Origin: an uncultured Acidobacteriota bacterium
GTDB taxonomy: Bacteria > Acidobacteriota > Vicinamibacteria > Vicinamibacterales > 2-12-FULL-66-21
Length of the DNA stretch: 64,000 bases
NCBI GenBank assembly: GCA_963836665.1
Contig: CAWIKL010000002.1
Coordinates: forward strand, 276,878-340,877
Reading direction: 5' to 3'
In this document: positions 1 through 8,158 of the stretch, piece by piece
Layout: the number at the start of each line of letters is the position of its first letter
Numbering within the stretch: position 1 is the first letter of the stretch
Made by a program: the position numbers and the translations under genes
The notes under the pieces: model-generated
Told to the model about the DNA's origin: nothing
The model's input: the letters and a program-made list of their open reading frames with translations, nothing else
Database searches by the model: none

Positions 1-2058
1 TCGCTGCGGTTGGTCACGGCGGTCCTCCTCGCCGTTACGGCCGTCTCGCTCGCCTGTTCGTCGTCGACGCACCGCGGCGCCGGGAAGTTCAGCCAGAAGC
101 TCGTCATCCTCGGGTTCGACGGCATGGACCCGCATCTGCTCGCCAAGTGGATGGCCGAGGGCAAGCTGCCCAACATCAGCGCGCTGGCCAAGCAGGGTGG
201 TTTCTATCCGTTGCAGACCACGCATTCGCCTGAATCGCCGACGGCGTGGGCCTCGTTCGCCACCGGCGTCAACGCCGGCAAACACAACATCTACGATTTC
301 CTGGTCCGCGACACCAACACCTACCTGCCCGACCTCGGCATGGTCGAGCGCACTCCGCCGAAGTTCCTTTTCAACTACATCCCCCGGTCGAAGCCGCAGC
401 TCAAGTCGACACGCGGCGGCACTTCCTTCTGGGTCACCGCGGGCAGGTCCGGCGTTCGCTCCGACATGCTGACCGTGCCGGTGACGTTTCCGCCGGAGAA
501 TGTTGACAATGGCGAGCTCCTCTCGGGCCTGCCGCTGCCCGACATCCGCGGCACGATGGGGACCTTCTCCTACTACGCGACCGATCTGAGCCGCTACGAA
601 CAGGGCAATACGGAAATGGGCGGCATCCTCAGCCGGCTCGTCTTCGACGGAGACGTCGCGACCGCCGACCTCGAAGGTCCGCCCAATCCGATCGTGCGGC
701 AACAGATCGAGGGCATCCGCCGTAAGGGGCCGACGCTGAGCGATGCCGACAAGACGCAGCTCGCCGAGCTCCAGGCCGTGCAGGACGTCCGCCTGCCGTT
801 CACCATCCACTGGGACCGCGCCGGCAAACGCGCCGCAATCGATATCGATGGCCAGCACCTGTCGCTCGAGCCCGGCAAGTGGACGCCATGGATCGATCTC
901 ACCTTCAAGGTGAACCTGCTGGTGCGCGTCCACGGCATGGCGCAGCTGCTGCTGCTCAACGCCGGCAGCGAGCTGCAGCTGTTCGTCTCGCCGGTCAACT
1001 TCGAGCCCGACGATCCGCCGGTGCCGATGTCCTCGCCGGCGTCCTTCGCGGGGGATCTCTACAAGGCGGTCGGCAACTACCGCACGCTCGGCTGGGCCGA
1101 AGAGACATGGGCGTTGAACGAAGGGCGCATGGACGAAAAGACGTTCATGGACGACCTGATGGTCGCCTTCGACGATCGCGCCCGCGTGATCCTCAACCGC
1201 GTCGACCAGAAGGACTGGGACCTGCTCGTCGGCGTCATCGAGTCGACCGACCGCGTGCAACACATGATGTGGCGGCTCATCGACCCCAAGCATCCTCTCT
1301 ATGACGCTACCCTCGCGGCGCAATACGGCGACTCGATCGAGCGCGTCTACCGGCGCGCCGACCAGTTCGTCGGCGAAGTCGTCAAGCGCGTCGGCCCCGG
1401 CGTGCCGGTGATGATCGTCTCCGACCACGGCTTCCACTCGTGGCGCAAGGCGGTCAACCTCGATACCTGGCTGGTCCAGAACGGCTACATGGTCATGAAG
1501 GGCCAGAGCACCGACAAGAAGCTCTCGGATCTCTTCGGCGGCGGCACCTTCTGGGAAAACGTCGATTGGTCGCGGACCAGGGCCTACGCGATGGGTATTG
1601 GCCAGATCTACTTCAACCTGCGTGGGCGCGAATCGCAGGGGGTCGTCAGCCCGGGCGCCCAAGCCAAGGCGCTCGCCGACGAACTGGCGGCGAAGCTGCT
1701 GACCATGACCGATCCCGATGACGGGACCAGGATCATCCGCGCGGTCTACAAGCGCGACGACATCTATTCCGGCCCCTACCTGTCGAACGCGGCGGAACTG
1801 CAGGTCGGCATGGACGAAGGCTATCGCGTGTCGTGGCAGACGACGCTGGGGGGTTCGCCGCCGGGCATCGTCTACAAGAACGATCGCAAATGGAGCGCCG
1901 ATCATGGCGGCTACGACTACCAGATCACCTCGGGCGTGTTCGTGACGAACCGTCCGATCGCGGTGACCAGTCCGCGTATCATCGACATCGCGCCAACCGT
2001 GCTGAAGTTCTTCGGAGTCGGGATCCCCAGCGACATCGATGGCAAGCCGCTGTTCTAG
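1..2058 (+). CDS. alkaline-phosphatase-superfamily phosphodiesterase / nucleotide pyrophosphatase-like lipoprotein (5' end may lie outside window)
   Basis: The ORF is open to the window start (track ORF 10..2058). The N-terminus ...LAVTAVSLAC/SSS looks like a lipoprotein signal. Motifs GFDGMD, TTHSPESPTAW, IVSDHGF and ADHGG are typical of AP-superfamily type I phosphodiesterases. Confidence 0.75.
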   Translation, partial: SLRLVTAVLLAVTAVSLACSSSTHRGAGKFSQKLVILGFDGMDPHLLAKWMAEGKLPNISALAKQGGFYPLQTTHSPESPTAWASFATGVNAGKHNIYDFLVRDTNTYLPDLGMVERTPPKFLFNYIPRSKPQLKSTRGGTSFWVTAGRSGVRSDMLTVPVTFPPENVDNGELLSGLPLPDIRGTMGTFSYYATDLSRYEQGNTEMGGILSRLVFDGDVATADLEGPPNPIVRQQIEGIRRKGPTLSDADKTQLAELQAVQDVRLPFTIHWDRAGKRAAIDIDGQHLSLEPGKWTPWIDLTFKVNLLVRVHGMAQLLLLNAGSELQLFVSPVNFEPDDPPVPMSSPASFAGDLYKAVGNYRTLGWAEETWALNEGRMDEKTFMDDLMVAFDDRARVILNRVDQKDWDLLVGVIESTDRVQHMMWRLIDPKHPLYDATLAAQYGDSIERVYRRADQFVGEVVKRVGPGVPVMIVSDHGFHSWRKAVNLDTWLVQNGYMVMKGQSTDKKLSDLFGGGTFWENVDWSRTRAYAMGIGQIYFNLRGRESQGVVSPGAQAKALADELAAKLLTMTDPDDGTRIIRAVYKRDDIYSGPYLSNAAELQVGMDEGYRVSWQTTLGGSPPGIVYKNDRKWSADHGGYDYQITSGVFVTNRPIAVTSPRIIDIAPTVLKFFGVGIPSDIDGKPLF

Positions 2059-3223
2059 GGTGATCGCGCGCCACCGCGGCTTCGCCAGCGCGGCGCCGCT
2101 GGGGTTGGCCGCCATGGCCACGCTGCTGGTCATCGGCCTGTCAGCACAGACGGCTGACCGATCGCAAGCGACCGCGCAGGCGAGGCGCGCCGCGGATCGG
2201 CTCGGCGCCCTGCAGAAAGAAGCTGAGGCGCTCGCAGGCCAGGAGAAGACCCTTCTCGGCGAGTTGCGCAAGCTCGAAGTCGATCGCGAAATCAAGGTCG
2301 AGAAACTGGCGACCATCGAGCGCGAGGCAGCCGACGTGCGCGAGAAGCTCGCCGACGCCGGCACGCGCGCCGCCGCGCTCGCCGGTGAAGCGGCGCGGCA
2401 ACGTCCCGACATCGACACCCGGCTCGTGCGGCTCTACAAGCTTGGACGCGTCGGCTACTGGCGCCTGTTGCTCGACGTCAACAGCCTGCGCGAAGTGGGA
2501 CGCGCCTACCGGACCGCGACCGCGCTCGCGCGCATCGATCGCGACCGCGTCGAAGAGCACCGGCGGACGCTGGCCGCGCTCAGCGCCGAACGGACGGCGC
2601 TGCAGGCGCGCGCGCGCGACTTCGAGCGGCTCGAGAACCAGGCGCGCCGCGCCAGCGGCGCCGTCGAGGCCGCCGTCGCGACGCGACGCGCGCTCGTGCA
2701 GCAGATCGACGAACGGCGCGACCTGAACGCTCAGCTCGCCGGCGAATTGCTCGAGGCGCAGCGCCGGCTGCAGGCGACCCTGGCGCAGATGGCCGCTGGA
2801 CGCGACGTGCCCGCCGCCACCCTGCCGCTGAGGCCGTTCCGCGGCGCGATGCCGTGGCCGGCCGACGGCGTCGTGTCATCGACCTTCGGCAAGGCGATGC
2901 GTGGCAGCCCGGCGTCGGCCAGGAACGGCATCCAGCTCTCGCTCCCCGAGGGCGAGCCCGTCCACGCCGTTCACGAGGGGGTCATCGCCTTCGCCGACGC
3001 CTTCGAGGGCTACGGCAACCTCGTCATCGTCGACCACGGTGACAAGGCGTATTCGCTCTACGGCCATCTGGCGTCCATGGCGGTCAAAAAGGGAGATCGG
3101 GTCGAGGCCTCGAGCACGGTCGGGGTGGCCGGCCGCGACCCGGCCGGGAACCCGGCCCTCTATTTCGAGCTGCGCGTCGACGGGACCCCCGTCGACCCGC
3201 TACAATGGCTGAAGAGGCAATAG
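2039..3223 (+). CDS. envC: EnvC-like murein hydrolase activator (coiled coil + degenerate LytM/M23 domain)
   Basis: 394-aa ORF with a signal-like N-terminus and a long Ala/Arg/Glu coiled coil. The C-terminal M23 fold reads YGNLVIVDHGDKAYSLYGHL...ALYFELR. By eye the metal-ligand positions are replaced (RNGIQL, ALYFE), as in EnvC-type activators. It lies directly upstream of ctpA. Start could be GTG ~2060. Confidence 0.75.
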   Translation: MASRCSRVIARHRGFASAAPLGLAAMATLLVIGLSAQTADRSQATAQARRAADRLGALQKEAEALAGQEKTLLGELRKLEVDREIKVEKLATIEREAADVREKLADAGTRAAALAGEAARQRPDIDTRLVRLYKLGRVGYWRLLLDVNSLREVGRAYRTATALARIDRDRVEEHRRTLAALSAERTALQARARDFERLENQARRASGAVEAAVATRRALVQQIDERRDLNAQLAGELLEAQRRLQATLAQMAAGRDVPAATLPLRPFRGAMPWPADGVVSSTFGKAMRGSPASARNGIQLSLPEGEPVHAVHEGVIAFADAFEGYGNLVIVDHGDKAYSLYGHLASMAVKKGDRVEASSTVGVAGRDPAGNPALYFELRVDGTPVDPLQWLKRQ

Positions 3224-3231
3224 CGCTACCC

Positions 3232-4470
3232 ATGACCACGCGAACCCGGTTGTCCGTACTGCTGATTTCGACGCCGATCGTGGCTTTCTTCGTGCTCGGC
3301 ACCATGAAGGGCAAGGCCGACAGCGACGATACCTTCCAGCACCTTCGGGTGTTCGAAGATGTCGTGTCGCTGATCCTCAACAACTACGTCGAGGACCCGA
3401 AGGTGGATAGCGTCATGGAAGGGGCGATGCGCGGCCTCGCCGACAGCCTCGACCCCGATAGCGCCTATTTGACCGCCGCCGAGGCGCGTTCGCTCGACGC
3501 GCCGGGCTGCGCGTCGGCGGTCCCGACCCCGGCCTGCGCCGGCACGCCCATCGGAGACGTCGGGATCGAGTTGACGCGGCAGTACCTACCTGCGTGTGAT
3601 CGCGGCGCGCGACGGCTCACCCGCCGACAAGGCCGGGCTGCAGACGGGCGATTACGTCCGCGCCATTGACGGCAAACCGGCGCGCGACCTCTCCGTATTC
3701 GAGGGCATGCGCCTGCTGCGCGGCGCCCCCGGTACGAAGGTCACCCTGACGGTCATCCGCGGCAATGCCGCCGAGCCGCACGAGATCGAGCTGTACGTGA
3801 GCGCACGCCGGGATCGCTCGTCACCTCCAAAATGCTGGCACCCGACCTGGGCTACCTGCGCATCGCGTCGTTCGGCGCGGATGCACCGGCGAAGATCAGG
3901 AGCGAGGCCGATGCACTCGCGAAGAACGGCGCCAAGCGGCTCATCCTCGACATCCGTCGCACGGCGGAAGGCCAGTTCGACAGCGGCATCGAGTCGGCGC
4001 GGGTCTTCGTCAAGTCGGGCACGCTCGCGCAGATCGCCGGGCGCGACGCGCAGGCCAAACCGAGCGACAAGCCGCCGACCAAGGTTCCGACTACGTCGAT
4101 CACGCAGACGATCGCGGCCAAGGCGGGTGACGGCGCGATCGATTTGCCGGTCACGCTGCTGGTCACGACCGGCACGTCGGGCGCCGCGGAGCTCTTCGCG
4201 TCGGCTCTCTCGGGCAACAAGCGCGCCGATCTCATCGGCGAACGAACCCTCGGCCGCGCCGGGCTGCAGAAGCTGGTAAAGCTGCCCGACGGCCGCGGGC
4301 TGTGGCTCACCTACGCGCGTTACGTCACGCCGGGCGGCGAGCTCATTCAAGGCCGCGGCCTGACCCCGGATACTGCCGTCGACGAGCCCGATGTCGACTT
4401 CGGCGAGCCCAAACCGGCGACAGACGCCATTCTCGAAGCGGCCATGGGGAAGCTCAAGAAGGCCGCATAG
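3232..4470 (+). pseudogene. ctpA: S41 C-terminal processing peptidase (CtpA/Prc-like), reading frame broken twice
   Basis: Homology is spread over three track ORFs: 3205..3669 (N-terminus), 3596..4279 (PDZ core LRVIAARDGSPADKAGLQTGDYVRAIDGK) and 3832..4470 (S41 core, LLVTTGTSGAAELFA). The junctions are at a TACC-TACC duplication (3583-3590) and at ~3793. Confidence 0.8.
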
Positions 4471-4568
4471 AATTTGGAAATCGGGGAATCGGGGAATCGG
4501 GGAATCGAAGGATTGATTCGAGATTACCCGATTTCCGAATTTAGCGATTTCCCGATTCCAAAATTTCC
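4471..4568. repeat. imperfect long hairpin whose left arm is GGGGAATC x3 (plus GGAAATC) and whose right arm is its degenerate complement
   Basis: Left arm: 4476-4506 ggaaatc ggggaatc ggggaatc ggggaatc. Right arm: 4527-4568 cccgatttcc gaatttagc gatttccc gattcc aaaatttcc. It lies between the ctpA stop and tRNA-Val. Confidence 0.6.
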
Positions 4569-4611
4569 TGCTACACTTACTGTTTCGGCAAGGCCTGTGT
4601 TTTCAAGACAT

Positions 4612-4687
4612 AGGCGCGTAGCTCAGTGGTTAGAGCGCCTGCTTGACACGCAGGAGGTCGGTGGTTCGACTCCACTCGCGCCTACCA
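4612..4687 (+). tRNA. tRNA-Val (anticodon GAC), CCA encoded
   Basis: Acceptor AGGCGCG (4612-4618) pairs with CGCGCCT (4677-4683). U8 is present, the D arm is GCTCAGTGGTTAGAGC, and the anticodon stem-loop is CCTGC-TTGACAC-GCAGG with GAC at positions 34-36 (4645-4647). The T arm is GGTGGTTCGACTCCACT, followed by discriminator A and CCA. Confidence 0.95.
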
Positions 4688-4689
4688 AA

Positions 4690-4786
4690 GAAGGGTGCGA
4701 AGGGTGCCGAGGGCGCCAAAGGTGCTAATGGAGCACCAGCACCATTAGCACCCTTGTCACCTTTGGCACCCTTGGCACTGTACCGT
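4690..4786. repeat. 9-nt-periodic palindromic element (GGTGC units, then GCACC units) forming a ~45-bp imperfect hairpin
   Basis: In 9-nt register the sequence reads gaagggtgc gaagggtgc cgagggcgc caaaggtgc taatggagc / accagcacc attagcacc cttgtcacc tttggcacc cttggcact. The perfect core is ggtgctaatgg...ccattagcacc. It ends 3 nt before the thrS ATG. Confidence 0.65.
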
Positions 4787-4788
4787 TC

Positions 4789-6744
4789 ATGAGCGAGATC
4801 GCAGTCACGTTGCCTGACGGGTCCGTCCGTCACGTCAGCGCCGGCAGTACGCCTGCCGACGTGGCCGCCGCGATCTCTCCGCGCCTGGCCAAGGCCGCGA
4901 TCGCCGCGGTCGTCGACGGCAAGCCGGTCGATCTCACGTTCCCGCTCCAGCGCGACGCGACGCTCGCGATTCTGACCGACCGCGGGCCAGAGGCCCTGCA
5001 CGTCTACCGTCATAGCACGGCGCACCTGCTCGCGGCGGCGGTGACCCAGCTTTTTCCCGGCGTCCAGTGCGGCATCGGCCCGGCGATCGAAGAAGGCTTC
5101 TACTACGACTTCGTCGTCCCGCGCCCGTTCGTCCCCGAGGACCTCGAGGCGATCGAGAAGAAGATGAAGGAGCTCGCCGGCCAGGACCTGGTCTTCGAGC
5201 ATCAGATGTGGCCCAAGCAAGAGGCCATCGACTTCTTCCGCGCGCGCGGCGAGCCGCTCAAGATCCAGCTGATCGAGGAGCGGACGGCCGGCCAGTCCGA
5301 AGTGTCCGTCTATACGATCAAGGACAAGGACACCTTCGTCGACTTCTGTCTCGGACCGCACGTACCGTCGACCAACCGGCTCAAGGGCTTCAAGCTGCTC
5401 CACACGTCCAACGCCTACTGGAAGGGAGACGCAAAGAACCAGCCGATGCAGCGTGTTTATGGCACGGCGTTCTTCAGCGAGAAGGATCTCCAGGCGCACC
5501 TGCAGCGCATCGAGGAAGCAAAGAAGCGCGACCATCGCAAGGTCGGCAAGGAGCTCGGGCTCTTCACATTCCATCCGTGGGCTCCGGGCGCCGCGTTCTG
5601 GCTCGGCAAGGGCACGACGCTGTACAACACCCTCGCCAACTACATGCGCGGCGTGCTCTTCCCCGCCGGCTACCAGGAAGTCAAGGCGCCGATCATCTTC
5701 AACAAGGCGCTCTGGGAGACCTCCGGCCACTGGGAGCACTATCGCGAGAACATGTTCCTCGTGAAGTCGTCGGACGACGAGGAGATGGCGCTGAAGGCGA
5801 TGAACTGCCCTGGCCACTTCCTCATGTTCGCCAGCGAGGCCCGCAGCTACAAGGACTTGCCGCTCCGTTTTCACGAACAGACGCCGCTGCACCGCAACGA
5901 AGCCTCGGGGGTGCTCTCGGGTTTGACGCGCGTGCGGCAGTTCTCGCAGGACGACGCGCACTGCTTCGTCATGGAGACGCAGATCGCTGAGGAAGTCGAG
6001 CGGCTGCTGAGACTGGTGCAGCGCGTCTACGGCGATTTCGGGCTGCCCTACTCCGTCAAGCTGTCGACGCGCCCGGAAAAGTTCCTCGGCGAAATCGCCA
6101 CGTGGGATCATGCCGAGGCGTCGCTCAGGCAGGCGCTGGAAGCGGCGAATCAGCCCTACACGATCAACGCCGGCGACGGTGCGTTCTACGGCCCGAAGCT
6201 CGACTTCGACGTAACCGACGCCATCGGGCGCCAGTGGCAGTGTGCGACGATCCAGCTCGATTACCAGATGCCGCAGCGCTTCGACCTGAAGTACGTCGGC
6301 CCCGACAACGCCGAGCACCGCCCGGTGGTCATCCACCGCGCCATCTTCGGCAGCTTCGAGCGGTTCATCGCTATCCTGATCGAGCACTATGCCGGGGCGT
6401 TTCCGCTGTGGCTGGCGCCGGTGCAGGCGATCGTGCTGCCCATCGCCGACCGGCATGCCCCCTATGCGGCCGACGTGCAGGCCCGCCTGGCGGCGGCCGG
6501 CCTCAAGGTGGAGGTCGACGCGCGGCAGGAGAAGATCAACTATAAGATCCGCGAGGCGCAGCTGCAGAAGATCCCCTATATGCTGGTCGTCGGAGATCGC
6601 GAGGCGGCGGAAGGGACCGTGGCGGTACGCAGCCGCGCCGGCGGCGACCTCGGGGCGCGCGGCGTCGACGAGTTCGTCCGGCAGGCACAGGCAGAAGTGA
6701 CGGCGAAGGGCGAGCCCAGGCCGGGTCTCGCCGCGGCGAGCTAA
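4789..6744 (+). CDS. thrS: threonine--tRNA ligase
   Basis: 651-aa ORF with a TGS-like N-terminus, a class II core ([25 protein letters not shown]) and an anticodon-binding C-terminus. It heads the classic thrS-infC-rpmI-rplT-pheST arrangement. Confidence 0.97.
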   Translation: MSEIAVTLPDGSVRHVSAGSTPADVAAAISPRLAKAAIAAVVDGKPVDLTFPLQRDATLAILTDRGPEALHVYRHSTAHLLAAAVTQLFPGVQCGIGPAIEEGFYYDFVVPRPFVPEDLEAIEKKMKELAGQDLVFEHQMWPKQEAIDFFRARGEPLKIQLIEERTAGQSEVSVYTIKDKDTFVDFCLGPHVPSTNRLKGFKLLHTSNAYWKGDAKNQPMQRVYGTAFFSEKDLQAHLQRIEEAKKRDHRKVGKELGLFTFHPWAPGAAFWLGKGTTLYNTLANYMRGVLFPAGYQEVKAPIIFNKALWETSGHWEHYRENMFLVKSSDDEEMALKAMNCPGHFLMFASEARSYKDLPLRFHEQTPLHRNEASGVLSGLTRVRQFSQDDAHCFVMETQIAEEVERLLRLVQRVYGDFGLPYSVKLSTRPEKFLGEIATWDHAEASLRQALEAANQPYTINAGDGAFYGPKLDFDVTDAIGRQWQCATIQLDYQMPQRFDLKYVGPDNAEHRPVVIHRAIFGSFERFIAILIEHYAGAFPLWLAPVQAIVLPIADRHAPYAADVQARLAAAGLKVEVDARQEKINYKIREAQLQKIPYMLVVGDREAAEGTVAVRSRAGGDLGARGVDEFVRQAQAEVTAKGEPRPGLAAAS

Positions 6745-6760
6745 TCAGGTAGGAGGCTTT

Positions 6761-7369
6761 ATCGCATTTGATCGCAGTCCGCGGCGCGACGATCGCACGC
6801 GGGTCAACGAACGCATCCGGGTCCGCGAAGTCCGCGTCATCGACGAGGACGGCGCGCAGCTCGGGATCATGCCGCCGCCGCAGGCGCTGGCCATTGCGCG
6901 GCAGAAGGGGCTTGACCTCGTGGAGATCGCCGCGACGGCGGTCCCGCCGGTCTGCCGGATCATGGACTTCGGGCGCTATCAGTACCAGGAGCAGAAGCGC
7001 GCGCGGTCGGCGAAGAAGCATCAGAAGATTATCGAGGTCAAGGAAATCAAGTTCCGCCCGAAGGTCGACCAGCACGACTACGAGTTCAAGAAGAAGCACA
7101 TCGAGCGCTTCCTCGCGGACGGCGACAAGGTCAAGGCGACGATCTTCTTCCGCGGACGCGAAATGGCGCACCCGGAGATCGGGCGGCGGATTCTCGAGCG
7201 GTTGATCGAGGAGCTGTCCGAGGTGGCGGTCGCCGAGACGATGCCGCGGCAGGAAGGCAACCAGATGCACACGATCCTGTCGCAGAAGGCCGGGGCCAAG
7301 AGGCCGCCCAAGACCGCCAAGGACGGCGAAGCCAGCAAGGATCGCGAAGGAACGAAGGAACATGCCTAA
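6761..7369 (+). CDS. infC: translation initiation factor IF-3, predicted non-canonical ATC start
   Basis: IF-3 homology ([24 protein letters not shown]...) extends ~36 codons upstream of the first ATG (6869). There is no in-frame ATG/GTG/TTG back to the thrS stop. AGGAGG at 6751-6756 lies 4 nt before the in-frame ATC at 6761. Confidence 0.85.
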   Translation: MAFDRSPRRDDRTRVNERIRVREVRVIDEDGAQLGIMPPPQALAIARQKGLDLVEIAATAVPPVCRIMDFGRYQYQEQKRARSAKKHQKIIEVKEIKFRPKVDQHDYEFKKKHIERFLADGDKVKATIFFRGREMAHPEIGRRILERLIEELSEVAVAETMPRQEGNQMHTILSQKAGAKRPPKTAKDGEASKDREGTKEHA

Positions 7370-7556
7370 ATTGAAGAGCCACCGGGGCGCGGCCAAGCGC
7401 TTCAAGAAGACCGCGACGGGAAAGTTCAAGCGCGGTAACGCGTTCAAGGCGCACATCCTGACCAGCAAGGAGCGCAGCCGTAAACGCAAGCTGAAGGGGA
7501 CGACGTTGGTCTCCAAGCAGGACACGGCGAAACTGCGCCGCATGCTGCCTTACTAG
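7362..7556 (+). CDS. rpmI: 50S ribosomal protein L35
   Basis: 64-aa [37 protein letters not shown]..., in the expected position after infC. Confidence 0.95.
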   Translation: MPKLKSHRGAAKRFKKTATGKFKRGNAFKAHILTSKERSRKRKLKGTTLVSKQDTAKLRRMLPY

Positions 7557-7596
7557 AAGACAGAAGTCAGAAGACAGAATACAGAAGGAAGACAGA
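7555..7596 (+). repeat. purine-rich heptamer tandem repeat (AGAAGAC-type, 6 units)
   Basis: Units: AGAAGAC AGAAGTC AGAAGAC AGAATAC AGAAGGA AGACAGA. The array starts inside the rpmI stop codon and ends 5 nt before the rplT ATG. The same unit recurs at 26078-26112. Confidence 0.8.
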
Positions 7597-7601
7597 GTCC
7601 A

Positions 7602-8048
7602 ATGCCTCGAGTGAAACGTGGGAATGTACGGCGCGCCAAGCGCAAGAAGCTGCTCAGCCGCGCCAAAGGCTTCTACCAGACCAAGAGCAAGCTCTATCGC
7701 TCGGCGAAAGAGTCGGTCGATACGGCGCTCAAGTACGCCTTCGTCGGCCGCCGCCGCAAGAAGCGGGATTTCCGCACGCTCTGGATCCAGCGCATCAATG
7801 CCGCCGCGCGCGAGCATGGGCTCACCTACGGCCAGTTCATGGCCGGCCTGAAGGCGGCGGGTAATACGCTCGATCGCAAGAGCCTGTCCGAGCTGGCGAT
7901 CGCCTCTCCGACTGCGTTCGCGAGGCTGGCGAAGACCGCCGGCGACGCGAAGCCGGCGCCGGCGAAGCGTCCGGCCCGCGCCGCCGACAAGCCCGCGCGT
8001 CCGGCCAAGGCTGCCAAGGCCACCAAGGCCGCGGCACCGCAGGCATAG
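7602..8048 (+). CDS. rplT: 50S ribosomal protein L20 with Ala/Lys/Pro-rich C-terminal extension
   Basis: [33 protein letters not shown]... matches L20. There is a ~35-aa tail [33 protein letters not shown]. Confidence 0.95.
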   Translation: MPRVKRGNVRRAKRKKLLSRAKGFYQTKSKLYRSAKESVDTALKYAFVGRRRKKRDFRTLWIQRINAAAREHGLTYGQFMAGLKAAGNTLDRKSLSELAIASPTAFARLAKTAGDAKPAPAKRPARAADKPARPAKAAKATKAAAPQA

Positions 8049-8064
8049 CGCCCCGTCACGCATC

Positions 8065-8128
8065 ATCAGGAGGCCAGGAGATCAGGAGAACAGGAGCAGT
8101 CCTGTTTGCGTGATCGTCTGGCCTCTTG
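8065..8128. repeat. hairpin built from NNCAGGAG x4 followed by its degenerate complement
   Basis: Left arm: atcaggag gccaggag atcaggag aacaggag (8065-8096). Right arm: tcctgttt gcgtgatc gtctggcc tcttg (8100-8128). The perfect core is AACAGGA-gcag-TCCTGTT. It lies between rplT and pheS. Confidence 0.65.
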
Positions 8129-8158
8129 TCGCAGAGATTGAGTTCATTGAGTTCATCG

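Noticed and set aside
4476-4506. Possibility that the short direct repeats (4476-4506, 7555-7596, 8065-8096, 26078-26112) are CRISPR arrays.
   Set aside because: The units are 7-9 nt and directly abutting with no spacers, and there are no cas genes in the window. These are microsatellite or hairpin elements.
4690-4786. The 9-nt repeat translates as a collagen-like G-X-Y peptide (KGAKGAEGAKGANGAP...) on both strands.
   Set aside because: There is no start codon or ribosome-binding site, and only ~5 triplet repeats. The two-strand symmetry is simply a consequence of the palindrome, so an RNA/DNA structural role is more plausible.
4630-6456. 608-aa ORF on the minus strand, antisense to thrS.
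   Set aside because: It is Arg/Gly/Val-rich nonsense composition lying fully inside a strongly conserved gene. Long antisense ORFs are expected in high-GC DNA because stop codons are rare.
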